Source: Sulfurimonas sp. RIFCSPLOWO2_12_36_12 (GTDB taxonomy: Bacteria; Campylobacterota; Campylobacteria; Campylobacterales; Sulfurimonadaceae). Taken from it: DNA of 64,000 nt. Below the pieces are notes generated by a model. That model worked only from the letters and a program-made list of their open reading frames with translations, was not told the origin of the DNA and did no database searches. The number at the start of each line of letters is the position of its first letter. Position 1 is the first letter of the stretch. The stretch lies in the NCBI RefSeq assembly GCF_001829675.1, contig NZ_MIBZ01000065.1. The stretch is one strand, 5' to 3'. Of this stretch, positions 1 to 10,671 are shown piece after piece. Both the position numbers and the translations under genes were made by a program.

Positions 1-172
1 CATGCGATTTCTTCTCCAAACTCTTCTCTAGAAGCTCTTTTTGCAGAAGAATCTCTTCAAGCTCATCCCGTAGTTTTTTTGTTCTGTTTCCTATTATATC
101 CGCAGTTACATCCTTCATCTCATGAAGATTTAATTTACCAAATTCAATATTTTGCAGCTCTTGTAAACTCAT
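1..172 (-). CDS. hypothetical coiled-coil protein, N-terminal part only (gene runs off the window start)
   Basis: Own translation of the minus strand from ATG at 170-172: MSLQELQNIEFGKLNLHEMKDVTADIIGNRTKKLRDELEEILLQKELLEKSLEKK... It stays open to position 1 and is too short for the ORF track. Confidence 0.3.
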   Translation of the reverse strand, partial: MSLQELQNIEFGKLNLHEMKDVTADIIGNRTKKLRDELEEILLQKELLEKSLEKKSH

Positions 173-184
173 TGTAAACTCCTT

Positions 185-454
185 TTAAAGTACCATTTTT
201 ATATGTTGATGAGCCTTTAGCGCCTCATAGATGAAATTTCTGTCATCTTCATTATGTACAAGTATATCAAGATTCATGCTTATATACTTACCGCCTTTGG
301 AGCTGTTTGAGTGAGCAAGCTTATGCTCTCTCTCGTAGATAACATCTCGAATAGCCTGCTTTAGCGCCTCAACTTCACTGGCAATCAGCTTGTATGACCA
401 AGAGCATGGATAGACAAGCTCCAGCTTCTCTTCTCTAGCGTTGATAATCTCCAC
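185..454 (-). CDS. DUF493 / YbeD-like small protein
   Basis: ORF 185..487. The '[14 protein letters not shown]' block and about 90 aa size fit the YbeD/DUF493 family. I prefer the GTG at 452-454, which is preceded by AGGAGG plus 5 nt; the ATG at 487 has no SD. Confidence 0.55.
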   Translation of the reverse strand: MEIINAREEKLELVYPCSWSYKLIASEVEALKQAIRDVIYEREHKLAHSNSSKGGKYISMNLDILVHNEDDRNFIYEALKAHQHIKMVL

Positions 455-905
455 TTTTGCCTCCTGCTTTTTTTTCCAGCTGAACATTGCGGATAATCAT
501 ACTTTTATCTATCGCCTTTACCATATCGTAAATCGTTAGAAGCCCGATGCTTGTTCCCGTCAGTGCTTCCATCTCAACGCCTGTTTGACCGGTAAGTTTT
601 GCCGTAACTGTCAGTTTAAATCCTGGAAGTTCTGAGAGCTCCTCGACATCGCAGTTAATCCCGCTCAAATTTAGCGGGTGGCACATCGGTATAAGTTCGC
701 TCGTCTTTTTTGTTCCCATGATTGCAGCAATTACGGCAGTTTGAAGTACGGGACCCTTTTTTGTTTTTTGCGTAACTATGGCATCGTAAGCGTCTTGACT
801 CATCTCGATTATACCGCTTGCAACGGCAACTCTAGTTGTGGAGTTTTTATCACTGACATCTACCATCTTCGGTCTGTCTTTTTCATCTAAATGGGTTAAA
901 TTCAT
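435..905 (-). CDS. moaC: cyclic pyranopterin monophosphate synthase accessory protein MoaC
   Basis: 156 aa with 'MVDVSDK..T.R.A', 'IPMCHPL' and 'GVEMEALT', all characteristic MoaC blocks. Confidence 0.9.
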   Translation of the reverse strand: MNLTHLDEKDRPKMVDVSDKNSTTRVAVASGIIEMSQDAYDAIVTQKTKKGPVLQTAVIAAIMGTKKTSELIPMCHPLNLSGINCDVEELSELPGFKLTVTAKLTGQTGVEMEALTGTSIGLLTIYDMVKAIDKSMIIRNVQLEKKAGGKSGDYQR

Positions 906-1007
906 ATCTTCTCATTTTATTATAAAATTGTTAAGTAAAGATTATATCAAATAGTTGATAAATAACTCTTCTCTTAAATGTGCCAAAGAAATAATGGATA
1001 AAAGCTA

Positions 1008-1466
1008 CTACTTTCTAAACTTCAGGGTCAAATCTTTATACTCTTTGAGGGTACGCTCCAGCTCATTTAAAAATACATCCGGTGCATAAATAAGCAAATC
1101 TTGGATTGCGTAAAATCTATCTTTTGGTACGCTTGAGGTAATTTTGTCTTCACAAACCTTTGCTTTTAAAAACTCTTTTTCTTCGCTTGTTATAGACTCT
1201 GCAAGGTACTTTAAAAATATTTTTCTAGCTCTCGCACTGTCATCAAAAAGCAGTTGTTCAGGAATGTTTAACACTTCTGCTATATAGGGAATAAGTTCGA
1301 TTTTTATGCCTATTCTGCCATTTAGGTAAGCGTAGATTGTATTTTCAGATGGAACTGAACCTGTATTTTTAAGCTTAACTTCCAATTGTATTAATCTCTC
1401 AGCAAATTCTTTTTTTGACATTTTTTTGTCTTTTAAATACAAATTTATCTTTTCATACACTTCCAT
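1008..1466 (-). CDS. XRE-like helix-turn-helix DNA-binding protein
   Basis: 152 aa. The N-terminal 'MSKKEFAERL....NTIYAYLNGR' segment is HTH-like. Divergent from the MBOAT operon across a GTAC-repeat region. Confidence 0.5.
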   Translation of the reverse strand: MEVYEKINLYLKDKKMSKKEFAERLIQLEVKLKNTGSVPSENTIYAYLNGRIGIKIELIPYIAEVLNIPEQLLFDDSARARKIFLKYLAESITSEEKEFLKAKVCEDKITSSVPKDRFYAIQDLLIYAPDVFLNELERTLKEYKDLTLKFRK

Positions 1467-1590
1467 AATTGTACACTACCTATCTTTTTACGAAAATAGT
1501 ACAAAATGTAACAATATCCATTGTACAATAAAGCAAATAGATAGCTAATAAATAATACAATTCTGTACTTAAAGTACAAAAGGCGTATTT

Positions 1591-3057
1591 TTGCTCTTCA
1601 ACTCCTACGAATTCATCTTTCTTTTTCTTCCTTTTACCTTTTTTATCTACTTCTATCTTTTACATAAGAGGCTTGCAACTGCAGCGAAGGGTTTTTTAGT
1701 TTTTGCATCTCTATTTTTTTATAGTTGGTGGAATATTGCCTATCTGCCCCTCATTCTCTTATCTATACTTTTTAACTATGCGGTTGGAAACTCTCTCAAT
1801 GAAAATTTTAAAAAAGTAAGAGTGAGCAAAAAAACGCTTCTTTGGTTTGGAGTAGTTGCAAATTTTGCTTTGCTAGGCTATTTCAAATACAGTGACTTTT
1901 TTATACAAAATCTCAATTTAGCTCTAAGTAGCAATGTTGGGCTTTTACATCTTGTTCTTCCTCTAGGAATTAGTTTTTTCACATTTACACAAATAGCCTA
2001 TTTAGTAGATAGTTACAAAGGTGAAACTGCAGAATATGACTTTTTAAACTACGGCTTGTTTGTGACATTTTTTCCGCATCTTTTAGCTGGACCAATTTTA
2101 CACCATAGTGAGATGATGCCTCAGTTTGCGAGTAAATGGAACATGGTAAAAAATTACCGCAATGTTGCGATGGGACTTTTTCTCTTTTCTATCGGCTTAT
2201 TTAAAAAAGTAGTTATTGCAGATACCTTTGCAGTATGGACAAACGCAGGGTTTGACACGGCGACAACGCTCAACTTATTTGAAGCATGGGCGACAAGTCT
2301 CTCTTTTACATTTCAACTCTATTTTGATTTTAGCGGTTATACGGATATGGCAATCGGTGTGGCACTTCTCTTTAACATAAGACTACCTATAAATTTCAAT
2401 TCTCCATATAAAGCTCTTAATATTCAAGATTTTTGGAGACGATGGCACATTACACTTTCTCGTTTTTTGAGAGATTATGTTTATATTTCACTAGGCGGAA
2501 ACAGAGGAAGCAGTTTCGCAACCTACAACAATCTTCTAGCAACCTTTATAATAGGAGGCATCTGGCATGGAGCTGGATGGACATTTGTGTTTTGGGGATT
2601 TTTACATGGAGTGGCTTTGGTTGTGCATAAATTCTGGAGCAGATTTGGTTTACACATGCCAAAAGTTATAGCATGGTTTATTACTTTTAATTTTGTGAAC
2701 ATCGCATGGGTGTTTTTTAGAGCCAAGGAGTGGGAGGATGCGGTTAGGGTAATATCATCCATGTTTAGTTTTGATAATGTTGTTTTAGCAAATTCTTTAT
2801 CATCTAAATTATCATTTTTACAAGATTATGGAATTACATTTGGTGGTTGGGTAGCAAATGTTGATAGTGATGGTGGTAAATTTTTACTACCTTTATTGCT
2901 ACTTGGATTTATCCTCATCTTGTTTTTCGGAAACTCAAATCAAAAACTAAAAAGTTTCAAGCTAAGCTATAAAACAGCACTATTCGCTGGAATAGCTTTT
3001 ATCGGTGGTGTTTTATCACTTAACAAAGTATCTGAATTTTTATATTTTAACTTCTAG
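1591..3057 (+). CDS. MBOAT family O-acyltransferase (AlgI/PatA/DltB-like)
   Basis: 488 aa, polytopic, TTG start. Has the typical N-terminus 'MLFNSYEFIFLFLP', 'FDFSGYTDMAIG', 'FWRRWHITLS.FLRDYVY' and the conserved His in 'GIWHGAGW'. Confidence 0.9.
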   Translation: MLFNSYEFIFLFLPFTFFIYFYLLHKRLATAAKGFLVFASLFFYSWWNIAYLPLILLSILFNYAVGNSLNENFKKVRVSKKTLLWFGVVANFALLGYFKYSDFFIQNLNLALSSNVGLLHLVLPLGISFFTFTQIAYLVDSYKGETAEYDFLNYGLFVTFFPHLLAGPILHHSEMMPQFASKWNMVKNYRNVAMGLFLFSIGLFKKVVIADTFAVWTNAGFDTATTLNLFEAWATSLSFTFQLYFDFSGYTDMAIGVALLFNIRLPINFNSPYKALNIQDFWRRWHITLSRFLRDYVYISLGGNRGSSFATYNNLLATFIIGGIWHGAGWTFVFWGFLHGVALVVHKFWSRFGLHMPKVIAWFITFNFVNIAWVFFRAKEWEDAVRVISSMFSFDNVVLANSLSSKLSFLQDYGITFGGWVANVDSDGGKFLLPLLLLGFILILFFGNSNQKLKSFKLSYKTALFAGIAFIGGVLSLNKVSEFLYFNF

Positions 3058-3062
3058 GGGCA

Positions 3063-4199
3063 ATGATGAATAGCAAAAAGTGGATTAAAATATTTCTGAT
3101 TTTTTCGGTTTTAGGGGTTGGATTTGCTGGGGCTGTTAATTTTGTTGTTGACCCAGGCTATATATACCTTAAAAAAAATTTCAATAATAATGTGGATGAA
3201 TATGCAAAAAAATTATTTACATCTGAAAAAGGGCTAATAGCAACTGGATGGAATGAAAGAGTTGTTAAATCTGCAATGGCAAAATATGCAGGTAATTTTG
3301 ATTGTGTAATTTTAGGTTCCAGCCATATTATACAAATTTCTCAAGTGCGACATACTGGAAACATTCAACAAGTTTGTCCAAAATTATTAAATTTAGGTGT
3401 AAGTGGAGCAAGCTTAGAGGATTTAATAGTATTCACTGATATTATATTTGAGAATGATTCAAAACCTAAAAAAGTGTTCATTGATATTGCTCCTTGGACA
3501 TTGAAATTCGGAATGGACAAGCGGTACCAAATCAATCAATTTCACTATGATAATTTAGTTAATATATTAAACGATAAAACGAAAAAACTAAATTATTTTG
3601 ACTATAAAGCATCTTTAATAAAAAATATTTTTAATTTGGAATATTTTATAAATAGTTTAAAAGAATTAAAAACAGCCTTTAAAATATCTAAAATCAAATA
3701 TCCAAAAACTGATTTTCAATATGTTGATGGTTATATTGAAGCAATCAATCTTGTTGATGGTAGCTATTTATATGATTCAAAAACAATTGTAAAATATAAA
3801 GAGGAAATACAAAATATTAAAGCTGGAGGCGGTGATTATAAAATTGATGGGAAAATATATGATAAAGATGCAGTTGAGTTATTTACAAGTATGCTTGATT
3901 TATATCAATCAAAAGAGATTGAAGTAAATTTTATTTTGACTCCATATCATCCAAATGTATTTAAGGCTGGGCTAACGAAACCGGTGGAGCATATTCATGA
4001 AATAGAAAAATTAGCACATCAAATTTCTAATGATTATAAAATAAAAATATATGGATCATTTTTTCCAGATAATCTTGGCTGTAAAAATGAAGAATTTTTT
4101 GATTTCATGCATGCATCAGGTGATTGTCTAAATAAAATTAAATTTTCTTCTTTAAAATTCTCAAGCGAAGCGCAGAAGCCGTCAGTTTTTATGAAGTAA
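3063..4199 (+). CDS. membrane-anchored SGNH/DltD-like partner of the MBOAT protein (putative O-acyl transfer or esterase component)
   Basis: 378 aa with one N-terminal TM. 'VILGSSH' resembles SGNH block I and C-terminal 'DFMH' resembles the DxxH block. Starts 6 nt after the MBOAT stop. Confidence 0.5.
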   Translation: MMNSKKWIKIFLIFSVLGVGFAGAVNFVVDPGYIYLKKNFNNNVDEYAKKLFTSEKGLIATGWNERVVKSAMAKYAGNFDCVILGSSHIIQISQVRHTGNIQQVCPKLLNLGVSGASLEDLIVFTDIIFENDSKPKKVFIDIAPWTLKFGMDKRYQINQFHYDNLVNILNDKTKKLNYFDYKASLIKNIFNLEYFINSLKELKTAFKISKIKYPKTDFQYVDGYIEAINLVDGSYLYDSKTIVKYKEEIQNIKAGGGDYKIDGKIYDKDAVELFTSMLDLYQSKEIEVNFILTPYHPNVFKAGLTKPVEHIHEIEKLAHQISNDYKIKIYGSFFPDNLGCKNEEFFDFMHASGDCLNKIKFSSLKFSSEAQKPSVFMK

Positions 4200-4218
4200 T
4201 AGTAAAAGACAACCTGAG

Positions 4219-4244
4219 CCCTGAGCTTGTCGAACCACGAACGG
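4219..4244. repeat. collapsed copy of the GC-rich palindromic repeat also seen at 10672-10734
   Basis: 'ccctgagcttgtcgaa' and 'ccacgaacgg' match both arms of the 10.7 kb element with one mismatch. GC-rich in an AT-rich intergenic region. Confidence 0.5.
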
Positions 4245-4320
4245 TTCGCTACAAACGAAAAGGTGAGTTATTTTTAATAAATCAAGTTTAAATTTATATC
4301 CAATAAGATATAATTTTGTC

Positions 4321-4662
4321 ATGAAATGGAAAATCAATTATTATCATAATCAAAATAATAAATCACCAGTCAAAGAGTGGCTGGAGACAGTGGGTCATGA
4401 GCCAAAAGCTGAAATATTTAAGATTTTTGAGATGCTTTCAACATATGGTGTTGAACTTGGTTTGCCATTTGTAAGACCGATTGAGAATAAGCTTTATGAA
4501 GTAAGAGCAAAAGACAAATCCGGTATTTATAGAGTTTTGTATTTTGCGTACAAAGAAAAAACTTTTGTGATGCTTCATGGGTTTCAAAAGAAAACCCAGA
4601 CAACCCCACGGAAAGAGATAGAAGTAGCATTAAAAAGAATGAAAGAGGTACAAAATGGATGA
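4321..4662 (+). CDS. type II toxin, RelE/ParE superfamily (HigB / phage Gp49-like)
   Basis: 113 aa. 'P..EWL......AK.KI...L...G..L..P..R.I...LYE.R......YRVLYF' is the classic Gp49/HigB-type layout. Toxin lies first and overlaps the downstream HTH gene by 8 nt. Confidence 0.8.
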   Translation: MKWKINYYHNQNNKSPVKEWLETVGHEPKAEIFKIFEMLSTYGVELGLPFVRPIENKLYEVRAKDKSGIYRVLYFAYKEKTFVMLHGFQKKTQTTPRKEIEVALKRMKEVQNG

Positions 4663-4927
4663 TTTTAGAACACATTTAAAAGAATCTTTACAAGATAAAG
4701 AGTTTGAAGCAGTGTATGACAATAAAGAATTACGATATAAAATCATAGATATATTGGTTGGAATCAGAATTCAATACAAACTTTCGCAAGCTGAACTTGC
4801 TAAAAAACTAGGAACGACTCAAGCGGTAATTAGCAGGATAGAAAATGGTACTGTAAATGTTGGCATAGATTTTTTGCAAAAAGTAGCAAATACTTTTGGT
4901 AAAAAAATAGATATAAAAGTGGCATAA
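4655..4927 (+). CDS. XRE-family HTH antitoxin (HigA-like)
   Basis: 90 aa with 'SQAELAKKLGTTQAVISRIENG' as a canonical XRE HTH. Coupled to the upstream toxin. Confidence 0.8.
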   Translation: MDDFRTHLKESLQDKEFEAVYDNKELRYKIIDILVGIRIQYKLSQAELAKKLGTTQAVISRIENGTVNVGIDFLQKVANTFGKKIDIKVA

Positions 4928-4964
4928 ATCCAAAGAGAGAAATCTGCAAAAAATTTAGGTGTTA

Positions 4965-5552
4965 TTACTTCAAAATTGGTTTTAAAAGTTGCAGCGCTTC
5001 TTGATATTCGTGAGGGTGGTTGAGGTTTAGAAACGGTTTTTCATCTTCAAACTCTACAAAAACAGTGTTTGATGATTTAAGTAAAAAGCCTAGTTTGTGG
5101 CTGTTTTCTTTTGACATGTAGGAAAATTTTTCACTGGTTGAGCGGTGGTAAATTCCGCACATCGGCTGAATGGCGTTTGGTGTTTTGGCTATTGTCGCAT
5201 CTGCATCTGCATTGTCTGCAAGAACTATCTTCTCTATCTCATTTTCACCGATAAATGGCGAATCAACGCTGATTGCAAAAAAACTTTCGCTAGTCAAATG
5301 TTCAAAAATTGCAATAAAACCTGCAGTCGGTGCATAAGTTAAATCGGTTTTTATATCTTCTATAAAATCGGCTTGAAAGTTGAATTTTGATTTTTCTTTG
5401 CATGAGATATATACTGTTTTGAATATTTTGCTTAGGCGGGAGAGTTGGAACTCGGCAAGTGTATTGAAAGTGCCAAAAGGGAGAAGAGATTTATCCTCCC
5501 CCATTCGGCTTGATTTGCCACCCGCAAAGATGACGCAAGGTATATCAAACAT
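4965..5552 (-). CDS. mobA: molybdenum cofactor guanylyltransferase MobA
   Basis: 195 aa with N-terminal '[19 protein letters not shown]', the MobA signature. Confidence 0.85.
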   Translation of the reverse strand: MFDIPCVIFAGGKSSRMGEDKSLLPFGTFNTLAEFQLSRLSKIFKTVYISCKEKSKFNFQADFIEDIKTDLTYAPTAGFIAIFEHLTSESFFAISVDSPFIGENEIEKIVLADNADADATIAKTPNAIQPMCGIYHRSTSEKFSYMSKENSHKLGFLLKSSNTVFVEFEDEKPFLNLNHPHEYQEALQLLKPILK

Positions 5553-6616
5553 TACTTTTTGATAAGCTCAGCTTCAATTCTTCTATTTTCTGCTTTGCCT
5601 TCTTTTGTAGCGTTTGTAGTAGTCGGAGCTTTTTCACCCATACCTTTAGAAGTTACTCTATTTGCATCAACACCCTCTTTAATGATGAGGTTTTTAACTG
5701 CATTTGCTCTGTTTTCAGATAGAGTTTGGTTGCTCTTATCACTTCCAACGCTATCTGTATGACCTACGATTTTTGCATCATAGTTAGGCATCTCTTTTAA
5801 GAAGTCTGCAAACTCTTTTACTTTTGACTTGTATGCATCACCAACTTTGTAAGATGCAGTGTCAAAATTTACATGTAGATTTACAAGAACTGAACAACCA
5901 TCGCTATCAACTTTGTGTCCGGCAGGAGTAGTCGGGCATTTGTCAACAGAGTTTAAAACACCGTCTTTGTCATTATCTCCATCTACTGGTGCCGCTACAG
6001 GTGCCGGTTTTGGAGCAGGTGCAGGTTCTGGCTTTGGTTCAGGTTTTGGCTCAGGTGCCGGTGTAGGAACAGGAACAATTGCCGGAGCTGCTGCTTGAGC
6101 CTTAGGTCCAAACGCAAAGTTTACACCGGCTAAAAGAGCTAAGTTGCTGTCCCATCTGTTGTCGTTGTTTTTTAACATGTAAACAGCTTCAAGTTTTAAA
6201 GCTATAGCGTCGGTAAATGGAATTTTTGCTCCAACACCTGCATCAACAAAAACACTGTCTTTGTTCTGTGCTAAGTGCTTGTCGATTGTTTCGTAACCGA
6301 CACCTATTTTTGATAATGGAGTAAACATACCGATAGCATCATACTCATGAACGCCATTAAGTGCGATACGGTATATATCAGTGCTAATCGCAGAATTTTT
6401 ATAATCAGCATCTGTGTATAAAACGCTAAGTTCCGGTTTTAAAAGAGCATTACATCCGTTGTATTGGAACTCTGCTCCAACTAAAGTCTGATTCTCTAAA
6501 TCTAGATTTCCCTCGGCAATGTTATGACCTACAACCGGTGTAACCTCATATTTATAATCTTGCGCAATAGCCATACTTCCAGCTAAAAGAGCCGGAATAA
6601 GTAGTAGTTTTTTCAT
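5552..6616 (-). CDS. OmpA-family outer membrane protein (beta-barrel, Pro-rich linker, TSP3-like Ca-binding motif, OmpA_C)
   Basis: Signal peptide, then a barrel-like N-half. Linker '[21 protein letters not shown]', '[17 protein letters not shown]', and C-terminal 'GHTDS.GS...N..LS..RA..V' OmpA domain. Confidence 0.9.
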   Translation of the reverse strand: MKKLLLIPALLAGSMAIAQDYKYEVTPVVGHNIAEGNLDLENQTLVGAEFQYNGCNALLKPELSVLYTDADYKNSAISTDIYRIALNGVHEYDAIGMFTPLSKIGVGYETIDKHLAQNKDSVFVDAGVGAKIPFTDAIALKLEAVYMLKNNDNRWDSNLALLAGVNFAFGPKAQAAAPAIVPVPTPAPEPKPEPKPEPAPAPKPAPVAAPVDGDNDKDGVLNSVDKCPTTPAGHKVDSDGCSVLVNLHVNFDTASYKVGDAYKSKVKEFADFLKEMPNYDAKIVGHTDSVGSDKSNQTLSENRANAVKNLIIKEGVDANRVTSKGMGEKAPTTTNATKEGKAENRRIEAELIKK

Positions 6617-6698
6617 GTTTTTCCTTTAAACTTTTTTGGAATGTTACCTATTTTTTCTTAAAAAGAATTCATTTTCAAATATTAATATCTTTTTAGAT

Positions 6699-7958
6699 TT
6701 ATCTAGGATCTGTAATATAGCCCTCAACAGCGGAGATTGCCGCAACCGCAGAGTTAGCCAGATATACTTTTGAGCTTCTTGAACCCATTCTTCCGACAAA
6801 GTTACGGTTTGTCGTAGAGACTGCCACCTCGTTATCGCCTAAAATACCCATGTAGCCGCCAAGACAAGCCCCGCAAGTAGGATTTGAAACTACCCCGCCT
6901 GCATCTACGATTATGTCGATATAGCCGAGTTTATTTGCCTCTCTTAGTATCATCTGTGTTCCGGGAGTAACAATAAGGCGAACATCTTGATGAACTTTTT
7001 TGCCTTTAAGTATCTCTGCCGCAACTTTAAGGTCGCTAAGTCTTCCGTTTGTACAGCTTCCTATAAATGCCTGGTCTATTTTGATTCTATCTTTTTGTGC
7101 CTGAACAACGCTGTGACCGTTAGAAGGCAGGAACGGATAGGCAATAACAGGGTCAAGAGAAGCGACATCTATCTCTAAAATCTCTACATAAGAAGCATCC
7201 GCATCGGAGTAGTGGATTCTAGGCTCTCTTGCTAACTTTTTATCGCTTAAGAACTCTTTTGTAGTCTCATCATAAGCAACGATTCCGCTCTTTGCTCCCG
7301 CTTCGATAGCCATGTTGCACATAGAAAATCTATCATCCATCGTGAGGTGTTTTATTGTGCTTCCCGTAAACTCTAAAGTTCTGTAAAGCGCACCGTCAAC
7401 GCCTATCATGCGAATAATTTCTAAGATAATATCTTTGCCGGTCGTATATTTGCCCGGTTTTCCGCTGAGGACGACTTTGATAGATTCTGGGACTTTAAAC
7501 CAGTTTCCGCCAGTTACCATGGCAAATGCCAAGTCAGTTGAACCCATGCCGGTTGAGAATGCTCCAAGTGCGCCGTGCGTACAAGTGTGAGAATCTGCTC
7601 CGATGATAACATCTCCCGGAACTACAAGCCCTTTTTCAGGAAGAAGCGCATGTTCAATTCCCATATCTTTTTCGTCAAAAAAGTTTTTCAGGTTGTGTTT
7701 TTTTGCAAAATCACGACTGATTCTAGCTTGATTTGCGCTTGCAATATCTTTTGCGGGGATAAAGTGGTCAAGAACGATTGAAAAACCGTCCGGATTTGCA
7801 AGCTTTGTAGCACCGCTTAGATTAAAAGCGCTGATTGAGATAGGAGTAGTTATATCATTTCCGATAACCATGTCGATGTCGCAGCGGATAATTTCACCCG
7901 CATAAACAGCATGACCGACATGTTCAGAAAATATTTTTTCAGTTATTGTTTGTCCCAT
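6699..7958 (-). CDS. leuC: 3-isopropylmalate dehydratase large subunit (aconitase-family, short LeuC type)
   Basis: 419 aa with 'TITEKI...H', 'GADSHT', 'IGSCTNGR' and 'C.AC.G', the aconitase-family cluster ligand blocks. Confidence 0.88.
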   Translation of the reverse strand: MGQTITEKIFSEHVGHAVYAGEIIRCDIDMVIGNDITTPISISAFNLSGATKLANPDGFSIVLDHFIPAKDIASANQARISRDFAKKHNLKNFFDEKDMGIEHALLPEKGLVVPGDVIIGADSHTCTHGALGAFSTGMGSTDLAFAMVTGGNWFKVPESIKVVLSGKPGKYTTGKDIILEIIRMIGVDGALYRTLEFTGSTIKHLTMDDRFSMCNMAIEAGAKSGIVAYDETTKEFLSDKKLAREPRIHYSDADASYVEILEIDVASLDPVIAYPFLPSNGHSVVQAQKDRIKIDQAFIGSCTNGRLSDLKVAAEILKGKKVHQDVRLIVTPGTQMILREANKLGYIDIIVDAGGVVSNPTCGACLGGYMGILGDNEVAVSTTNRNFVGRMGSRSSKVYLANSAVAAISAVEGYITDPR

Positions 7959-8059
7959 AATATTAGAGTTCCTTAGATTTTACTTCTTTATTTTCGCGAT
8001 TATATCATTTTATGTTTTAATCCAAAAAATGTTATATTAAAACAAAAAAAAGATTAAAA

Positions 8060-8749
8060 ATGCAAAACAGTTATAAAAGAGTCGATGCGCACCTATCAAG
8101 CCTCGGATACTGCACGAGAAGCGAAGCAAAAAAGTTTTTGAGCAAAAATATGGTATGTATAGACGGAGTTAGGGTTTTTGATGTAAGAGAGAAAGCTTAT
8201 CACAACGATATTACAGTAGAAAATGAACCTCTTGATGCGGAGAATTTGCTGATTTTGATGAACAAGCCAAGCGGTGCAGTATGCTCTCACAATGATGTCG
8301 GAGTGCTTATCTACTCTCTTTTGCCGCAGAGATACCAAAACAGAAATCCAAAAATATCAACTGTCGGCAGGCTGGACGCCGACACAACAGGAGCGATTCT
8401 GCTTACGGACGACGGAGAGCTCAACCATAAACTAACCAGTCCAAAAAGCGATGTACTTAAAGTATATGAAGCCACTCTTGTGCAGCCACTTCGCGGCGAT
8501 GAGACGGAGATATTTGCAAGCGGAGAGCTGATGCTTCACGGCGAAAAAAAGCCGCTATTGCCGGCTAAAATGGAGATAATAAATCCGACACTTGTAAGGT
8601 TAGAGATTTGTGAGGGAAGATATCATCAAGTCAAGAGAATGTTTGGCGCAGTGGGAAACAGAGTGGTCGCACTGCACAGGGTAAGTTTTGGAGATTTTAG
8701 CGTAGAGGATTTAAAGCCCTCAGAGTATAAAGTTATAAATTTTCCGTAA
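8060..8749 (+). CDS. rRNA pseudouridine synthase, RsuA/RluB family (S4 domain plus catalytic 'GRLD')
   Basis: 229 aa with 'GRLDADTTGAILLTDDGEL.HKL' and 'EGRYHQVKRMF'. Confidence 0.85.
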   Translation: MQNSYKRVDAHLSSLGYCTRSEAKKFLSKNMVCIDGVRVFDVREKAYHNDITVENEPLDAENLLILMNKPSGAVCSHNDVGVLIYSLLPQRYQNRNPKISTVGRLDADTTGAILLTDDGELNHKLTSPKSDVLKVYEATLVQPLRGDETEIFASGELMLHGEKKPLLPAKMEIINPTLVRLEICEGRYHQVKRMFGAVGNRVVALHRVSFGDFSVEDLKPSEYKVINFP

Positions 8750-9263
8750 CAGCTAAATCATAAATCTCATATCTAAGAGCTTTTTTCATATATTCTGCCG
8801 AACAAAAAAACATTGCTGCAAAAACAGGATTTATTGTGACACAATCATCCTCGATTGTTTCAAAAATTTTAAAGTTAAATCCTGAGTGATTTTCAGTGCC
8901 TTTTGCTATAACTGTAAATTCAATAGGTGCTAAAGTTTTTACCATATTTAAAATTTTCTTCTTTTTCTTTAGACTGTCGTTTTGAAGTATGTTGAAATCT
9001 TTTCCTTCTGAGCTTTTGTGAGAGCGGATAACATCTTCTAAAACATCAAACTTATCTTTAAAAACTATCTTGTTCCACGATATTTTAAGCTCTTTTGAAT
9101 CCACTTTACATGTATTTACTATCAAAGCGTTTGGTTTTTTTTCTTTCATTGCCTCAATAAGCCCCAGAAGAAAGTTGGTGCCGCCGACTGAATCGGCACA
9201 CTTTTTCATTAATAGATGAATAAATGCTTTTGTATCTTCATTTTGTTTGCTAAAATTACACAT
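8733..9263 (-). CDS. hypothetical protein
   Basis: 176-aa ORF with no motif I recognise. Converges on and overlaps the rsuA-like 3' end by 17 nt. Confidence 0.4.
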   Translation of the reverse strand: MCNFSKQNEDTKAFIHLLMKKCADSVGGTNFLLGLIEAMKEKKPNALIVNTCKVDSKELKISWNKIVFKDKFDVLEDVIRSHKSSEGKDFNILQNDSLKKKKKILNMVKTLAPIEFTVIAKGTENHSGFNFKIFETIEDDCVTINPVFAAMFFCSAEYMKKALRYEIYDLAVTENL

Positions 9264-9423
9264 AAATTGTTCCTAATTTGTTATATATCTAAAATTATAG
9301 CTTAAATATTCCATAAATACAGTTTGGCTTAAGCATATCGTAATAACAAACCTATTATCATATCAAAACTAAAAGAAGACAAAAATTGTCTTAATTAAAA
9401 AACAACTCAAATTAATGAGGTAA

Positions 9424-10638
<1,215 letters not shown>

Positions 10639-10671
10639 ACTTCTTGATATAACCTAAATATTTACTTTATC

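Noticed and set aside
468-475. A8 tract in the moaC/DUF493 overlap as a programmed frameshift site fusing MoaC to the DUF493 protein
   Set aside because: 'A AAA AAA G' looks like a -1 slippery heptamer, but the DUF493 frame is +1 relative to moaC, so a -1 slip would not produce the fusion. An independent GTG start with AGGAGG is a simpler explanation.
5859-6098. 79-aa Gly/Ala/Ser-rich ORF on the plus strand
   Set aside because: It is the antisense shadow of the Pro-rich linker of the OmpA-family gene. It has no RBS and is low-complexity only.
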